In this document: piece after piece, positions 60,864 to 64,000 of the stretch
Numbering within the stretch: position 1 is the first letter of the stretch
How the letters are laid out: each line of letters begins with the position of its first letter
NCBI GenBank assembly: GCA_026770705.1
Contig: JANJGN010000026.1
Span: 40,114,001 to 40,178,000 of the forward strand
Length of the DNA stretch: 64,000 bases
Source of the DNA: Isurus oxyrinchus
Lineage: Eukaryota
Reading direction: 5' to 3'
Made by a program: the position numbers and the translations under genes
Notes under the pieces: model-generated
Told to the model about the DNA's origin: nothing
The model's database searches: none
Seen by the model: the letters and a program-made list of their open reading frames with translations, nothing else

Positions 60864-63800
60864 GGCTGTTTCTCTTATTGTTGGCCGGCGATGACAGGTT
60901 ACGGTTCTTTTCTTAACTGGTGATGTTTTTTTGGAGACCTCAGCATGTGCAAGCATAAAAGCAGATCTAAAGTCTCCGCCTCTTACCAGTTGCATTGCGC
61001 ATGCTACAGGATCGGAATAAGATAAGCTTGGCGATTAATATTCGGTATATATCAACAAGATAAATTCCGGCATAGAAAGATTATGGAACAGAAATGATAT
61101 TGCTTCCCAAAAAGTAATGAGGGATTTTTTTTACATGTGTATGAAAACTGGATGGAGAAATTTACTCTCTTCTGCACCTTCTCAGTTAGTTGTAGCCTCT
61201 TGACCAAGAGAACATATATTTCCAGGTGTAGTTTATGACCATTTGATTTAGTATTTGAATTGTCTTCACTTTTGTTCAGTTTATAAGTTGAATATTTACA
61301 GATCCCTGCTCTGAGGCTGAATATTTTCAGGAAGCTTAGGTATCAATCCTGTGAAATTTATCCACGATAGATGACGATTGGACATCGATTGGGAGACAGG
61401 AGTGAATCTGAAAGGAAAAATCAACGAGCAAGGTCATGTTAGGCAGATTGTTTGAAGAGAAGGAGGCAGGTGACGAAGCAAGCGAGTTAAGACTGGAATT
61501 CCCAGAGGGTGGCTCAGTTTGGTTTTTGAACCGATATGCCAGAAGGAATGGAATGGGTTCAACATGTTGCTGAATATCTCAAGCAGTCGGCAGAAACCTC
61601 GCGTTGTACAGATTGTAATGATTCGCCAGTTAGAATATTTTTTTATACATATTCGTTCACGGGATGTGGGCGTCACTGACAAGGCCAGCACTTTTTGCAC
61701 ATTTCTATTTGCCGTTGAACTGAATGGCTTGCTAGGTCATTTCAGGGAACAGTTAACTGTCAACAGCATTGTTGTGCCTCTGGAGGCACAAGTAAGCCAA
61801 ACCGCGTAAGAACGGGTGAACCAGATGATTTTATTTATGAGAAAATGATAAATTAATCATTATCAATACTGAGCCTAGCTTTTAATTCCAAATTTATTGT
61901 CATTGGCAAATAAATTCTACTGGCTGTCATTTGAAGCCGCGCCACTAGACCATAAATCTAGGCTTTCAGCTTATCAGCCCAGTGACATTATTGCTCCTCC
62001 ACCGTCTCCAACGGAGATTCTTAGGAGGCATTGTCGAGAAGGAAATTGAGTCCGACTCTTCAGTTTCAGGGATGAGAGTTAAGGAGAAAACTAAAACATA
62101 TGTTTTCAGTGGTGTTGATCTGGAACAGGTGGTGTAAGTGATGATATTTCAGAAACCTATTGCAAATTAAATGAAGTGAAAATAATTCATACACTAGCTT
62201 ATTAAGCAGCAGGAAAAATAATCAAGTGGACACAGTTTCAAGTTGCTGAAAGGTAATCTAGGGCTGATATCAGGATATTGTTTACGGAGAGCGCAATCGA
62301 GATTTGGAATACCATCAGATTTTAATTTAATAGGACAGGAAATTACAGAGAGTCATAAGCGATTTTCATTGTTAACTCCTGTGCCAAGTACAGAGGATGG
62401 AGATGTACTCTTGTTTTTGCAATGCTCTCTGAGATTTTAATATAACTGCTATCATTTAAACTTTTTCTGACTAGCTTTGATCGATTATAAACGCAATTTA
62501 TAATTACAATTTAATATAATTTCAGGAGTGGGCCTCATATCTCTGCTGCGTTGTAATTTGAAGGAAATCCCTGTGATCCTCAGTGGAGGCAGTGTTACTG
62601 TTTCCGTTTATTGGTGTGAGAGCGCCTTCTGGTGAACACTAATTGGGTCTTTCTGTCTGGGTCTCTCTCCAGGATACGTGATATCACTGCATCAGTTTGT
62701 CCTCCATGGAATAGAAATCCAGGACAGTGTGACAGGTCAGGGTGTGGCTGACCTTCAGTTCAGTATTGTTGGTAATTTCGTTAACATAGAACGGAATAGA
62801 TCAATGAGTGACGTGTAGGTTCCTGCCGACATCCCCCCAGATAAGATGAATGATGTATTGTGGAGGCTGGCCTTGTTGTTGGCTACACCAATTCACGTAG
62901 GGCAAGACACGTTTGCCCTCAGACGTTACGTTTGGAAAAGGCCATCTTGGTTATAGCAGACACATGGGGAATGGAATTTTACTGCAAAAATAAAGTATTT
63001 TACTATTTCGTTGGACATGGGCGTCACTGACAAGGCCTGCATCTGTTGTCCATCCCTAACTGCACTTGCCAAGGTGCTGATGAGGCTTCCTGAGCGGCGA
63101 TACAATGCGCAGTGGAGCAACACTGTTCAGTATGATGATCCCTGAGGCTTTTAACACTGCAGTTTTGGAAACTTCATTTCGGAGCGGAAATACAGATCCC
63201 CAGATCCCCCTACCCCATCAACACCCCCACCTCTACCCTCCTCCCCGCCCCCCCCCCCACCCCCCTGCCATCTGCAGTTGAACTAACCAATGTCAAGCTT
63301 GGACAGCGGCATCAGTCTGTCCAATAGTACAGGGAAAGCAAGCCAGCTCAGTCCGAGAGCAACAAATGGAAGCTGCGGCTGGTAATGTCTGCAGTTTCAT
63401 AGGGTGAACCTGTTAGGTGGGTCTATTAAGGGAAATATTTAAACTTGTACCGTCATCAGTGCAGATGTCTTTCAATAAAAAAATTGCTCAATGGCAACTG
63501 GAGCTTCCCACAGCCGCTATAAAGGGGAATGTAAATGCCACGGTGTCCGGAGGGATTCGACACAAAGAGAATATTTCCAACAAAGACCATTTCCATATGC
63601 ATTAAAATGGGAGTCACTGTCAGGTTGATCCAGTATGGTAGAGGTTCCACGGTCGATGAGTTCAATGGTGCAGGGGTGAACTGGTCATTCCAATTATTTA
63701 GAACATATTGACGTTAACAACAACCATTTTCACAATAAATTGCTTAACCATGAGGACAGAGTTTTCAGACTTCCATTTGAAGTTAATGGCTGAATTTTAT

Positions 63801-64000
63801 TGCATGTCTCTTAGTCATTTAATAAACATTAATAAAGAACAATGTTGTCAATCTGCAACTATCTCTGACACGCAAAAGATCAAACCTAGTCGCCTACTGC
63901 CCTCTGGTGGAATGTACATTTAAATATTTTTGATGAAAATTTAGAGGAAATGGCGGCTCAGGGTAATGTGCTCAGTTTGAACAGCAGCTCGGATAATAAA

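Noticed and set aside
62560-62800. Candidate GPCR exon 2 or V exon after the CTCTCCAG acceptor
   Set aside because: No sustained similarity to either; multiple stops.
1-64000. TCR constant exons or conventional FGxG J segments
   Set aside because: None recognised; only the NAR-type D and J were found.

Overview
Vertebrate genomic DNA with four N-gaps. It reads as part of the variable-region array of a cartilaginous-fish (shark) T-cell receptor alpha/delta locus. There are about 20 recognisable V segments or relics, built as a short leader exon, a phase-1 intron, a V exon and a 23-bp-spacer RSS, and they lie on both strands. Three conventional V segments look intact (2037-3077, 18858-19360, 32356-32820, all minus strand); the second lacks the canonical first Cys and the core Trp. 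On the plus strand is a complete NAR-TCR-type cassette: leader, IgNAR-like V, 12/12 D, NAR-type J, then a leaderless 'supporting' Vdelta that splices in frame from the J. That Vdelta is followed by a tandem array of four 23-RSS units. The NAR V-D-J sits between ~1.25-kb inverted repeats, has an Ig-type octamer in its promoter, and carries two apparent lesions. Interspersed are a GPR139-like GPCR pseudogene, an orphan first exon of a second such gene, Penelope-like retroelements carrying minimal hammerhead ribozyme motifs, CR1 and Tx1 LINE fragments, SINEs, minisatellites and many CTCF-like motifs. No constant-region exon or conventional TCR D/J was recognised. Species cannot be determined from the sequence.
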